From: a virus
Lineage: Duplodnaviria > Caudoviricetes
Reading direction: 5' to 3' (one strand)
Length of the DNA stretch: 64,000 bases
Virus record (IMG/VR): IMGVR_UViG_3300021431_000003
Location: 64,001 to 128,000 of that record
The stretch's first letter is position 1. Every line of letters starts with the position of its first letter. Position numbers and translations under genes: made by a program. Under the pieces are notes generated by a model. The model had not been told where the DNA came from, did no database searches, and worked only from the letters and a program-made list of their open reading frames with translations. Positions 49,645 to 59,417 of the stretch are shown one piece after another.

Positions 49645-49689
49645 AAGAGATTTAGTCTCAAATATAATATTTACAAGGAGGACATCATT

Positions 49690-50379
49690 ATGTCTAAGAG
49701 AATGAAAAAGAAGAAGATGAGATATGCTAAGTGGGGTAATTTTAAAACTCCTGGCAAGATTCTCTATGAGGGAACAGTAAAAGGGTACAAAGTTGCTATC
49801 GTAAATGTATATGGTAGACACCCGTCTGCTTATATTCAGGTACCTGAAGACTTAGCTGATATAGCTTTTGAACTATTGCCAGTACATGGCGGCTGTAGTT
49901 TCAATGAAAAAATCTTCTTTAATGGAAAAGAAGAAGATAAAGGTTATAGATGGGTTGGTTGGGATTATGGTCACTTATGTGATTATGCTCCGCCTAGAGA
50001 TAAAACTCATCTTGATTTTTGGAATAGTTTTGGAGGAGATAACAGACCAAGACATACTACAGAAGAGGTGTATAATGATATTATCAAAGCCGTAAAAGAA
50101 CTTAGATATATTAATCAAGCTAAAATAGATTTATATTTCGAAGTTAATATGGATAAAGCTAAAGACGATGAATACTACTGGGATGACTTAAAAGAACAGT
50201 TTAGAAGTCTTGATGCTGAAACAATAGCGCCTATAAGAGAATGGAGCAAACTCTGGCTTAAAGGACTCTTTTTTGCTGGGTTCAATACACCAGAACAACA
50301 GAGAAAAGAAATCAATTATGTAATTGATATAATCAATATGGCTAAAAAGGGTGAATTGAAAATTACTTCTGAAGATTAA
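49690..50379 (+). CDS. Hypothetical early protein
   Basis: AAGGAGG RBS; HPSAY..VHGG..WVGWDYGHLCD motif common in phage hypotheticals. Confidence 0.75.
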   Translation: MSKRMKKKKMRYAKWGNFKTPGKILYEGTVKGYKVAIVNVYGRHPSAYIQVPEDLADIAFELLPVHGGCSFNEKIFFNGKEEDKGYRWVGWDYGHLCDYAPPRDKTHLDFWNSFGGDNRPRHTTEEVYNDIIKAVKELRYINQAKIDLYFEVNMDKAKDDEYYWDDLKEQFRSLDAETIAPIREWSKLWLKGLFFAGFNTPEQQRKEINYVIDIINMAKKGELKITSED

Positions 50380-50387
50380 GACCGATA

Positions 50388-50418
50388 AAGAATGGTGAGT
50401 GCTAAACTCACCATTCTT
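50388..50418 (+). terminator. Intrinsic terminator
   Basis: AAGAATGGTGAGT..ACTCACCATTCTT + T tract. Confidence 0.85.
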
Positions 50419-50423
50419 TTTTA

Positions 50424-50482
50424 TATATTATTAATGTGTAAGAGGTTACCGTAAAACGGTTATAAAGACTCCACGACCTCTT
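50424..50482 (+). promoter_or_regulatory. Early-type promoter plus conserved structured leader
   Basis: TATATTATTAATGTG then AAGAGGTTACCGTAAAACGGTTATAAA..GACCTCTT. Confidence 0.55.
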
Positions 50483-50493
50483 GGAGGCATATT

Positions 50494-50811
50494 ATGAGTA
50501 AAATTTCGGACCAGTATTATTTCATGAAAAAAGATGGCTCTGTATATCTTGGACGGTTTCCATCCAGACATATTCAAGAAATTTTAAAACCGTCAGGTAG
50601 CATCGCTATGTACTACTCGACGGATAACCCCAGTTTGGTTGAACATGGGGCTCCTGGAGGAATTCTTTTCTTTAGCATTAAAGAAGGTGAGAATAATCCT
50701 CTATATATAGACAAAACTGTACTTGAGACAAAGTGTCTATGTAAAGTGAATGTCTATAGGAAAAAGAATGGGTATGTAATGAAAATTTCAGCTTTGAAAG
50801 GAGGTGAATAA
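50494..50811 (+). CDS. Hypothetical early protein
   Basis: GGAGG RBS, 105 aa. Confidence 0.7.
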   Translation: MSKISDQYYFMKKDGSVYLGRFPSRHIQEILKPSGSIAMYYSTDNPSLVEHGAPGGILFFSIKEGENNPLYIDKTVLETKCLCKVNVYRKKNGYVMKISALKGGE

Positions 50812-50812
50812 T

Positions 50813-50995
50813 ATGGGTGAAATCAAAGGAATCAATGAGTATGGTCTCGCATTTAGCCTCTATTTAGAGGAGTGCGAATACTATAACGAGGAGCCGCTTA
50901 GCTACGATGAGTGGCTCGAAGAAGAAATCTACGAGCAGGAGGCTATCGACCGAATGCTCATGACAGATGCTGAAAGGTATGGAGAGGAGGATTAA
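50813..50995 (+). CDS. Small, highly acidic early protein
   Basis: GAAAGGAGGT RBS; 20 of 60 residues Asp/Glu. Confidence 0.7.
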   Translation: MGEIKGINEYGLAFSLYLEECEYYNEEPLSYDEWLEEEIYEQEAIDRMLMTDAERYGEED

Positions 50996-51017
50996 CCAAC
51001 CTCTCAGCATCAAGAAG

Positions 51018-51043
51018 GAAGGCGGGACTCATATCCCGCCTTC
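51018..51043. terminator. Terminator between convergent units
   Basis: GAAGGCGGGA-ctcata-TCCCGCCTTC + T tract. Confidence 0.8.
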
Positions 51044-51047
51044 TTTT

Positions 51048-52073
51048 TTATCGTCTTACCATTACTACCTTAATAGCACTTGTGATTTCTGTATCAGTAT
51101 GAAGAGTAATCTTCTTGCTTTCTGGATTATAGCTCCACTTAATATCACTAGGAACACCTTCTGTAGTGACATTTGTTTTTTGTGTACTATCCTTCTTAGC
51201 AATGATTTCGTCATACTTGTAATCAGATTCAGTTGCTTCAGATGTACCAAGTACGTGCAATTCGAATACACGGTTTTCATGATAATCTTCTACAAGCTTA
51301 GGAATGAGTACTTCTGCATCGATTGTTGTATCTGCTGCATTAACAGTAATCTCATCAGAAATCCACATATAAGTACCCCAAGGATTCTTACCACAGAGCA
51401 GAGTTTCAAAGATTTCAGAGATAGTCATACCCTTAAGAGAATCTCCTTCTTTAAATCCACCTATAGGATATTTAACAGTAGAATTCAATACAGTTTTGCC
51501 ATCTACAGTTTCACAAGCATAATCATCTTCTTCTACTCCATCCTTAGGATATAACATAAGGCACATAAGTTGAGCAAATGTAAGCTTGCGGAATTTAGTA
51601 CCCTTCTTAATGCCACCTACAGATACAGTAGTACCATTTTCAGATAAATCTCTAAAGATATCTGCATCAGCGATATGCATAAGAATATGATTAAGTTCAC
51701 ACTTAGTCACATATCTATTGTCTTCTTCCCAATGCATAGGATGAATACATCTATCGTGCGGTGGGGGAGGTGGAGGACAAGGTTTAGGCGGTGGGCATTT
51801 ACGTCCAGGAACAAAATAAGTATTTGGTACTGGATTAGGCTGTGCATCACCATAACCGTCTACATAATAATCTGGTCTATATGGACCAGGAGTAGGTTTA
51901 TCAGAGTAAGGTCTATTGATAACTTCTGGTCTCCTGAAATATTCTCTTGGATTTGGAGCAGGCTTTGGTGGTGGAGGACAAGGGCAACAACTATCATCCA
52001 CACCAGGAACCAATTCAGGTTTATCATTATCAATGAAGACACTCTCAAATTCATCATAGAAATCGTTAGCCAT
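51048..52073 (-). CDS. Pro/Cys-rich late protein with two GG-motif repeats
   Basis: CCPCPPPPKP, CPPPKPCPPPPPPH; VGGIKKGT..LMLYP and IGGFKEGD..TLLCG. Confidence 0.75.
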   Translation of the reverse strand: MANDFYDEFESVFIDNDKPELVPGVDDSCCPCPPPPKPAPNPREYFRRPEVINRPYSDKPTPGPYRPDYYVDGYGDAQPNPVPNTYFVPGRKCPPPKPCPPPPPPHDRCIHPMHWEEDNRYVTKCELNHILMHIADADIFRDLSENGTTVSVGGIKKGTKFRKLTFAQLMCLMLYPKDGVEEDDYACETVDGKTVLNSTVKYPIGGFKEGDSLKGMTISEIFETLLCGKNPWGTYMWISDEITVNAADTTIDAEVLIPKLVEDYHENRVFELHVLGTSEATESDYKYDEIIAKKDSTQKTNVTTEGVPSDIKWSYNPESKKITLHTDTEITSAIKVVMVRR

Positions 52074-52091
52074 ATGTCTTCACTCTCCTTT

Positions 52092-53426
52092 TTATATTAC
52101 AATTACTGCTACATATTTACCAGAAGAAATATCGCCAGTCTTCTTAAAGTTAATAGTGATTTCTTCATTAGTAAAATTAACAGATATATCTGTTAATACC
52201 ATCTCGCCAGTATTTACTTCATACAAGTTTACAGATGGATACTGATTTGCTTCGAGAGTAATATCATCAATTACCCAAGTACAATCATTATTTGAATCTG
52301 CAGTAAGAGCAGGATTAGACTTACGATAGATATTACCCTTAGAAGCAATATTAAGTGTAATAACCTTATTTTCTGCAGCAGTCATACGACCTTTTTCATC
52401 TACAGTAAACTGAGGAACAGTAAAACTATCCTTATCATCAATAGTAGAATCTACAATACCAGAATTATTACCATAAGTATTGGCAGTTACACCAGTAGAC
52501 TTAAGGGTAGCCTGGATTATTTGACCTGGTTTTACTGTAGTTGGGTCATCTGTATTAGAAGAAGATAATACTACATCAGTTGCATCTGCTGCAGCTTGTA
52601 AAGATACAAGACTGGTAAACAGCGCTTCAAGCTGTGTCTTAGTGACAGTAGATGCTTTGACTACTTTACCAGTAACACCATTGAATACTACAATAGTTTC
52701 ATCGTTAGAAGATGCGGGACCAATTACAACACCATCAAGGTTCATCTGAATAACAGAGAATTTGGTAGCATCATAAGCAGCCATATTACCGCAAGCGATT
52801 ACCATATCACCAACTTCAATAGGCTTATCATCAATATCAAGAATATCTGCATCAATAGCAGCAGCAGCTTTGAATGTCCAACCATTCTTAATATTAGTGA
52901 GTTCAGTAAGCTTCTTATTATTGATACTTGTATCTGTAGAAGTAATAGTACTGTCAGCAGCAAGAGTTCCCTTGAATTTCATTGCATCTACAGTAGATAC
53001 AACTTCTTGAAGTGCAGTAAATACAGCGCCAGAAGTAATAAGATTCACAGAGTCTTCAGTAATAGTAGTATCTACATTAATACCTACAATATTACCAGTT
53101 GTAGAATCAACAATGAGTACATCACCATTTGCTACAGCACGAATATCAGTAAGATTTTCTGTTACAAAGTCATATACTGCTTTAGCACCAGCAGCTTTAG
53201 AATTAGTAGAAGCAGAGTTGATTACTGTAGCAATATCTACAGAACCTCCACCGCCAGAACCAACAGTAACCCACTCTTCACCATTGTAATATTTCAGTTT
53301 TGCTTCATTTGTATTAAAGATAATCCAACCTGCAGCAAGTTTTGTTGTAGGGTCAACAGCAACTTTCTGAATAACACAATTCAAAAGTTGATTTCTAACA
53401 AGGTCAAGATTAGTCAAAATTTTCAT
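52092..53426 (-). CDS. Tail-fibre-like structural protein
   Basis: N-terminal MKILTNLDL..N..YYNGEEW shared with the LRR fibre; AKAVYD and SGAVF shaft motifs; FTVDEKGRMT. Confidence 0.65.
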   Translation of the reverse strand: MKILTNLDLVRNQLLNCVIQKVAVDPTTKLAAGWIIFNTNEAKLKYYNGEEWVTVGSGGGGSVDIATVINSASTNSKAAGAKAVYDFVTENLTDIRAVANGDVLIVDSTTGNIVGINVDTTITEDSVNLITSGAVFTALQEVVSTVDAMKFKGTLAADSTITSTDTSINNKKLTELTNIKNGWTFKAAAAIDADILDIDDKPIEVGDMVIACGNMAAYDATKFSVIQMNLDGVVIGPASSNDETIVVFNGVTGKVVKASTVTKTQLEALFTSLVSLQAAADATDVVLSSSNTDDPTTVKPGQIIQATLKSTGVTANTYGNNSGIVDSTIDDKDSFTVPQFTVDEKGRMTAAENKVITLNIASKGNIYRKSNPALTADSNNDCTWVIDDITLEANQYPSVNLYEVNTGEMVLTDISVNFTNEEITINFKKTGDISSGKYVAVIVI

Positions 53427-53433
53427 ACACTAA

Positions 53434-54084
53434 CCTCCTTTATCCAATCCATTGAACTGTAGCATTTGTTGCTCCCCAAGGAGCACCAGGTATACTTCCT
53501 TCTGGTTTATTTATAGTAATAGATGTAAGAGCTGCACCACCAAATGCACTATAACCAATACTAGTTACACTACTAGGTATAGTAATAGATGTAAGAGATG
53601 TGCAACCAGCGAATGCACTACTACCAATACTAGTTACACCATCAGATATAGTAATAGATGTAAGAGATGTACAACTAGCAAATGCACCATCACTAATACT
53701 AGTTACACTACCAGGTATAGTAATAGATATAAGAGATGAACAACCACTAAATACACCACTACTACCAATACTAGTTACACTATCAGGTATAGTAATAGAT
53801 GTAAGAGATGTACAATTAGCAAATGCACCATTACCAATACTAGTTACACTATCAGGTATAGTAATAGATGTAAGGGATGCATAATAACTAAATGCACCCT
53901 CACCAATACTAGTTATACCATTAGGTATAGTAATAGATGACACATTTCTAGAAATAATACTTTCTAATATCATATATCTAACGCCTCCTTTATCCAATCC
54001 ATTGAACTGTAGCATTTGTTGCTCCCCAAGGAGCACCAGGTATACTTCCTTCTGGTTTATTTATAGTAATAGATGTAAGAGCTG
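53434..54084. repeat. Exact 101-bp direct repeat (53434-53534 = 53984-54084)
   Basis: Identical C-terminal cap, stop codon and downstream RBS of both LRR genes. Confidence 0.95.
53440..53973 (-). CDS. BspA-type leucine-rich repeat protein (LRR_5), ~6 repeats
   Basis: [21 protein letters not shown] repeats; start moved to 53973 after AAAGGAGG. Confidence 0.88.
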   Translation of the reverse strand: MILESIISRNVSSITIPNGITSIGEGAFSYYASLTSITIPDSVTSIGNGAFANCTSLTSITIPDSVTSIGSSGVFSGCSSLISITIPGSVTSISDGAFASCTSLTSITISDGVTSIGSSAFAGCTSLTSITIPSSVTSIGYSAFGGAALTSITINKPEGSIPGAPWGATNATVQWIG

Positions 54085-56530
54085 TACAATCACTAAATGC
54101 ACGACTACCAATACTAGTTACATTATTAGGTATAGTAATAGATGTAAGAGATGTTTTTCTAAATGCATAATCGCCAATACTAGTTACACTATCAGGTATA
54201 GTAATAGATATAAGAGATGTACAAACATCAAATGCACCCTTACCAATACTAGTTATACCATCGGGCATAGTAATAGATGCAAGAGATGTACAATTATAAA
54301 ATACATAATCACTAATACTAGTTACACCATCGGGTATAGTAATAGATGTAAGAGATGCACAACCAGAAAATGCATTTCTACCAATACTAGTTACACTATC
54401 AGGTATAGTAATAGATGTAAGAGATGTACAATTAGAAATTGCATAACTACCAATACTAGTTACACCATCAGATATAGTAATAGATGTAAGAGATCTACAA
54501 CCAGCAAATGCACCATCTCCAATATTAGTTATACTACTAGGTATAGTAATAGATGTAATAGTTCTTTCTATATATTCTTTTAGATGATCCATATCAAATT
54601 TTATAGAAAAAATGTTTTCTGTAATAAAATTATATACACCATTAGCAGTAGGTACTTGTCTATCGGTACTATTATCATTTATTGTTGTAGTAACATCTTC
54701 ATTATGAATTAATATATTAGTGGCACCCCAAGGATAACCAGTTCTAGATTTATAGTTTTCGAGTAAAAGTATATCACAATGATTAAATGCACCATCACCA
54801 ATACTAGTTACACTATCAGGTATAGTAATAGATGTAAGAGATCTACAACCAGCGAATGCAGTACCACCAATACTAGTTACACCATCATGTATAGTAATAG
54901 ATGTAAGAGATGCACAACCACCAAATGCACCGTTACCAATACTAGTTACACTACCAGGTATAGTAATAGATGTAAGAGATGAACAACCACTAAATGCACC
55001 GCCACCAATACTAGTTACACCATCAGATATAGTAATAGATGTAAGAGATCTACAACCAGTAAATGCAGCATCAGCAATACTAGTTACACTACTAGGTATA
55101 GTAATATATGCAAGAGATGCACAACTAGAAAATGCAGTAGCACCAATACTAGTTACACTACTAGGTATAATAATAGATGCAAGAGATGTACAACCAGCAA
55201 ATGTATTATAACCAATACTAGTTATACCATTAGATATAGTAATAGATTTAAGAGATGTACAATTAAGAAATGCAGCATTACCAATACTAGTTACCTTATT
55301 AGGTATAGTAATAGATGTAAGGGATGTACAATAACTAAATGTATTACTACCGATACTAGTTACACTATCAGGTATAGTAATATATTTAAGAGACGTACAA
55401 TTAAAAAATACACCATCACTAATACTAGTTACACCATCAGGTATAGTAATAGATTTAAGAGATGCACAATAATTAAATGCACCAGCACTAATACTAGTTA
55501 TACTTGTATTAGATCCTATAATAACATGTTTAAGAGTATCTGTACTATCTATAAAAGTTTTAGTGTCAGCAATTGTTGTAAATGTATATAATTCAGGATC
55601 ACCTTCACACATTACATTTATTTTAGTATCATCTAAACTGCTACTAATAGAAGATAATGCATTATATACAGCTTTTGCGGTAGGCACTTGTCTATCTGTA
55701 TTGCTATCATTTATTGTTGTAGTAACATTTTCGTTATGAATCATTATACTATGAGCATCCCAAGGATAACCAGTTCTAGATTTATAGTTATCGAGTAAAA
55801 GTATATCACAATTAGTAAATGCACTATCGGCAATACTAGTTACACTACTAGGTATAGTAATAGATGTAAGAGATTTACAACCACTAAATGCATATTTACC
55901 AATACTAGTTACACTACTAGGTATAGCAATAAATGCAAGAGATGTACAACCATCAAATGTATTATCACCAATACTAGTTATACTACTATTAGGTATAGCA
56001 ATAGATGCAAGAGATGTACAACCACTAAATGTACTACTACCGATACTAGTTACACTATCAGGTATATTAATAGATGTAAGAGATGTACAACTAGCAAATG
56101 CACCATCACCAATACTAGTTACACCACTAGGTATAGTAATAGATGTAAGAGATGTGCAACCATCAAATGCATAATTACCAATACTAGTTACACTACTAGG
56201 TATAGTAATAGATGTAAGAGACGTACAATTTTGAAATGCCCAATTATAAATACTAGTTACACCACTAGGTATAGTAATAGATGTAAGAGATGTACAACCA
56301 CTAAATGTACTACTACCAATACTAGTTACACCATTAGGTATAGTAATAGATGTAAGAGATGTACAATTAGCAAATGCATTATTACCAATATTAGTAGTTA
56401 CACTACTAGGCATAGTAATATATTTAAGAGATGTGCAACTAACAAATGCTGCTATACCAATACTAGTTACACTATCAGGTATATTAATAGATGTAAGAGA
56501 TGTACAATTACTAAATGCACCAACATCAAT
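53520..56530 (-). repeat. ~35 coding tandem repeats of 69 bp in four blocks
   Basis: Recurrent CCAATACTAGTTACAC...GGTATAGTAATAGATGTAAGAGATG...AAATGCA on the + strand. Confidence 0.95.
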
Positions 56531-56884
56531 AACAGTTACACCAGCATTAGATCCTATAATAACACTTTTTGGTTTATTATTAGAATTAATATAAGTTTTT
56601 GTATCATATAATGTATCAAACTTATGCAATGTTATTTCATCGTCTATTACATTTATTTTTGTTTCATCAATTTTAAGTGGCTCTACTTCAATATGACACC
56701 ATTGTTCGCCATTATAATAGTATACTGAACCTACACTGATTGTAGTTTCATCTACTTCTTTTTCTGAAATTAATATACACGTTCTACCTATGAATAAATT
56801 AGAGTCAGGTAATGTATTAACTTTTTCTGGGGAAGCTAATTTGATTTCATTTCCCTGAAAATCTAAATGTGTATTAATTTTCAT
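53990..56884 (-). CDS. Tail-fibre/receptor-binding protein with three BspA-type LRR_5 blocks (~11+11+7 repeats)
   Basis: 23-aa repeats; inter-block caps YKSRTGYPW and VPTAKAVYN-type fibre motif; N-terminus like the 52092-53426 protein. Confidence 0.88.
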   Translation of the reverse strand: MKINTHLDFQGNEIKLASPEKVNTLPDSNLFIGRTCILISEKEVDETTISVGSVYYYNGEQWCHIEVEPLKIDETKINVIDDEITLHKFDTLYDTKTYINSNNKPKSVIIGSNAGVTVIDVGAFSNCTSLTSINIPDSVTSIGIAAFVSCTSLKYITMPSSVTTNIGNNAFANCTSLTSITIPNGVTSIGSSTFSGCTSLTSITIPSGVTSIYNWAFQNCTSLTSITIPSSVTSIGNYAFDGCTSLTSITIPSGVTSIGDGAFASCTSLTSINIPDSVTSIGSSTFSGCTSLASIAIPNSSITSIGDNTFDGCTSLAFIAIPSSVTSIGKYAFSGCKSLTSITIPSSVTSIADSAFTNCDILLLDNYKSRTGYPWDAHSIMIHNENVTTTINDSNTDRQVPTAKAVYNALSSISSSLDDTKINVMCEGDPELYTFTTIADTKTFIDSTDTLKHVIIGSNTSITSISAGAFNYCASLKSITIPDGVTSISDGVFFNCTSLKYITIPDSVTSIGSNTFSYCTSLTSITIPNKVTSIGNAAFLNCTSLKSITISNGITSIGYNTFAGCTSLASIIIPSSVTSIGATAFSSCASLAYITIPSSVTSIADAAFTGCRSLTSITISDGVTSIGGGAFSGCSSLTSITIPGSVTSIGNGAFGGCASLTSITIHDGVTSIGGTAFAGCRSLTSITIPDSVTSIGDGAFNHCDILLLENYKSRTGYPWGATNILIHNEDVTTTINDNSTDRQVPTANGVYNFITENIFSIKFDMDHLKEYIERTITSITIPSSITNIGDGAFAGCRSLTSITISDGVTSIGSYAISNCTSLTSITIPDSVTSIGRNAFSGCASLTSITIPDGVTSISDYVFYNCTSLASITMPDGITSIGKGAFDVCTSLISITIPDSVTSIGDYAFRKTSLTSITIPNNVTSIGSRAFSDCTALTSITINKPEGSIPGAPWGATNATVQWIG

Positions 56885-56905
56885 AAAGTCAATCCTCCTT
56901 TTATA

Positions 56906-57463
56906 TTAATTATTAGAGAATGGGTCATTAATAACATACTCCTCGTATCCAGATAAGTTACATTCACAATGCTGATATGGAGATACTGGTTCTGGACACT
57001 GAGGCACAAAATCAGGAATCATACCATCAAAACACTTTACAGGCTTAATAGAAATAATATTTTCAATACCAATTCTAAGAAGCTTGCTTTCATATGCATC
57101 GGAGTAGTCTACAATAATTGCAGTTACGTCAATCATATGAGGTTTATCAATGAGCTTTTCAATACCCTTAGAGCATTCAAAGTCAATGATTCTTGCAGCA
57201 AAAGTGCAAACTCCACGAGTCTGACTAACTGCTTTAATCTCATAAGTTTCATTCTCATGAATGTCAAATGTCTGTACGTGACCATGACAATCCACATAAC
57301 GAACAGATAATACTGTTCTTCCTACAATACCAACTTTGCCATGATAATGTGGATGACAATGATGGTGAGGAGGGCATGGATGAGGTGGTGGACAAGGCCC
57401 AGGACCGCAATTATAATCATCAAAATGTGGTACATTCTGATAGTAATAAACAGGCTTCTTCAT
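56906..57463 (-). CDS. Cys/Pro/His-rich late protein
   Basis: CGPGPCPPPHPCPPHHHCHPHYH; AAAGGAGG RBS; late promoter 57492-57503. Confidence 0.78.
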   Translation of the reverse strand: MKKPVYYYQNVPHFDDYNCGPGPCPPPHPCPPHHHCHPHYHGKVGIVGRTVLSVRYVDCHGHVQTFDIHENETYEIKAVSQTRGVCTFAARIIDFECSKGIEKLIDKPHMIDVTAIIVDYSDAYESKLLRIGIENIISIKPVKCFDGMIPDFVPQCPEPVSPYQHCECNLSGYEEYVINDPFSNN

Positions 57464-57491
57464 ATAGAATATCCTCCTTTATAATCAATTT

Positions 57492-57535
57492 TATATGTAT
57501 GTTTTGTTAGAATAGATAGGTGGAACTTTATAATA
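57492..57535. promoter_or_regulatory. Divergent late-type promoters
   Basis: AACAtacataTAa (-, 57492-57503) and AACTttataaTAa (+, 57524-57535). Confidence 0.65.
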
Positions 57536-57561
57536 AAATGCTCAAAAGGAGGTATTCTCAT

Positions 57562-59397
57562 ATGCTTATTGACCAAGCTAAATTTATATATGACTTTACT
57601 ACACCAGATGTAGAAGTAACAACAGAAAGTGCTTTATTAAATGAAGCAGCATCTACTTCGGAACGTTTTAAAACTGAAGTACTTGATGTAGATAAGTTTA
57701 TTAAGAATAATATGCTTAAAGAAGTATCTAATCCTGTATTCTTTAATGGTCCAACTCCAACAGAAGATGGATTGTTAAGTAATGAAATCTTTGGTATTAC
57801 TAAAACTGAACGTGCTGGTATTTATGCTTATATTAATCTAGGTGGTCAGTTTATTCAACCGTTAATTTATAAGACATTACTTAAACTCAATGGCAAAATT
57901 GCAGATGTAGTAAATGGTACAGATTATTTTATCATTAATGATAAAGGAGAACTTATACAGAGCGATGATGGTGATACTGGTATTGATTGGTTAAAGAAAA
58001 ACTTCTCTAAGATTAAATTTAAGAAGAATGAATCTGCATCTAGAAATAAGAGAATTGACTTTATTGAGAAAGTAAAAAATAAGATGTGGGTAGATAAGTG
58101 GATTGTTATTCCAGCTTATTATAGAGACGTAGATACTAGAGATGCTGGTATCGGTGTAGGTGAAATCAATAAACTCTATAGTAGCTTGATAATGGCTACA
58201 AAAGCACTTAAGGAAACATCTGGTTATGGACTTACATTAAGCGATGTTACTAAAGCAAGAGTACAGAATATCTTAGTACAGATTTTTGATTGGTTTGGTA
58301 ATGGTACTACTATTAATGGGCAAGAAACTCCAGCTAACTTACCTGGTAAGATGGGTCTTATTAAACGTGGTACATTATATAAGACTATTGACTATTCTGC
58401 TCGTCTAGTTATGTCTGCTCCTGATGTAAGTGGAGAAGATATAGATGACTTGATGATTGACATGGATCATTGTGCATTACCACTTGCTGCAGCACTTTGT
58501 TGTTTCAAACCATTTGTCATGTTCTGGTTAAGACGTTTCTTTGAAAATCAGTTTGCTGGTAAATTAGAGTATCCTATTATGATTAATGATAAAGAATCTA
58601 TCATGATACCTCTAGTAGATTATCAAATTGCATTTTCTGATATAGAGATTGATAAACAGATTGAACGTTTTATTCATGGTTATAGTAACCGTTTTATTCC
58701 TATTGAAATTCCAGTAGATAAAGAAGAGTTTGCTAGACGTTCTAAGAATAAGGAATATAAAGATTCTGTAACTGGTAAAGAAATGAAACTCAATCAGATT
58801 AATTTCTATATGTATTTTACTGGATATAAACTTAATAATTCTGAAGAATATAAAGAGAATAAGCAAGAATATTCTGAGACACTTAAAGTAAGAAGACGTA
58901 TTACTTGGTGTGACCTATTTTACTTAGCAGCATGTGATATTACATCTGATAAAATGTGTCTTGTAACTCGTTTCCCTATTGACTCTTATCTTAACCAGTA
59001 TCCTACTAAAGTAAGAATTAAGTCTACTGTAAAGACCGCTCCTATGGTTACTCAGATAGGATTTGAGGATAACATGAAACTCTATAAGTGGTATCCTGTT
59101 ATTGAAGATACTGATATTAACTCTAATACATCTCCAGTATTTGAAGACACACTTTCTATTAGTAATGGTCTTATCGAAGCAATGGGTATGGACTATGATG
59201 GTGATACAGCAATTGTTAAACCAGTGTACACAATTGAGGCTAATCAGGAATGTGAAAAACAGGCTAATGCAAAGATTCAGGTTCTTGGTATGAATGGCTT
59301 CACAACTAGAGGTGTATCAAAAGAAAACATTCTTTGTTTATATGAACTTACTATTCATCCAGATAAGAGTGTTAAGTTTGTTAATCCAGAGTTTTAA
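57562..59397 (+). CDS. RNA polymerase beta' subunit, N-terminal catalytic part (probably virion RNAP)
   Basis: DGLLSNEIFG, VIPAYYR, GKMGLIKRGTLYKTIDYSARLVM, VTRFP, catalytic GMDYDGD; start moved to 57562 after AAAAGGAGG. Confidence 0.9.
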   Translation: MLIDQAKFIYDFTTPDVEVTTESALLNEAASTSERFKTEVLDVDKFIKNNMLKEVSNPVFFNGPTPTEDGLLSNEIFGITKTERAGIYAYINLGGQFIQPLIYKTLLKLNGKIADVVNGTDYFIINDKGELIQSDDGDTGIDWLKKNFSKIKFKKNESASRNKRIDFIEKVKNKMWVDKWIVIPAYYRDVDTRDAGIGVGEINKLYSSLIMATKALKETSGYGLTLSDVTKARVQNILVQIFDWFGNGTTINGQETPANLPGKMGLIKRGTLYKTIDYSARLVMSAPDVSGEDIDDLMIDMDHCALPLAAALCCFKPFVMFWLRRFFENQFAGKLEYPIMINDKESIMIPLVDYQIAFSDIEIDKQIERFIHGYSNRFIPIEIPVDKEEFARRSKNKEYKDSVTGKEMKLNQINFYMYFTGYKLNNSEEYKENKQEYSETLKVRRRITWCDLFYLAACDITSDKMCLVTRFPIDSYLNQYPTKVRIKSTVKTAPMVTQIGFEDNMKLYKWYPVIEDTDINSNTSPVFEDTLSISNGLIEAMGMDYDGDTAIVKPVYTIEANQECEKQANAKIQVLGMNGFTTRGVSKENILCLYELTIHPDKSVKFVNPEF

Positions 59398-59402
59398 AAT
59401 TG

Positions 59403-59417
59403 TATATCATAATAACG
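59403..59417 (+). promoter_or_regulatory. Early-type promoter
   Basis: TATATCATAATAACG. Confidence 0.5.

Noticed and set aside
53974-54036. N-terminal extensions in the ORF track (e.g. 54036, 57520, 41850, 40711, 20440, 37537)
   Set aside because: They overlap promoters or upstream genes; downstream starts have strong RBSs
53520-56530. CRISPR-like regularly spaced repeats
   Set aside because: The 69-bp period is in-frame coding for LRRs; variable parts are only a few codons, and no cas genes or leader are present
53434-56884. Classical diversity-generating retroelement
   Set aside because: No reverse transcriptase or non-coding template repeat in the window; the 101-bp duplicate has no adenine-specific mismatches, and several variable codons are not derivable from AAY. 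Cannot be excluded genome-wide
18302-59397. Introns or inteins in polymerase, helicase and RNAP genes (common in AR9-like phages)
   Set aside because: ORFs are continuous, with no visible intein termini or homing endonuclease motifs
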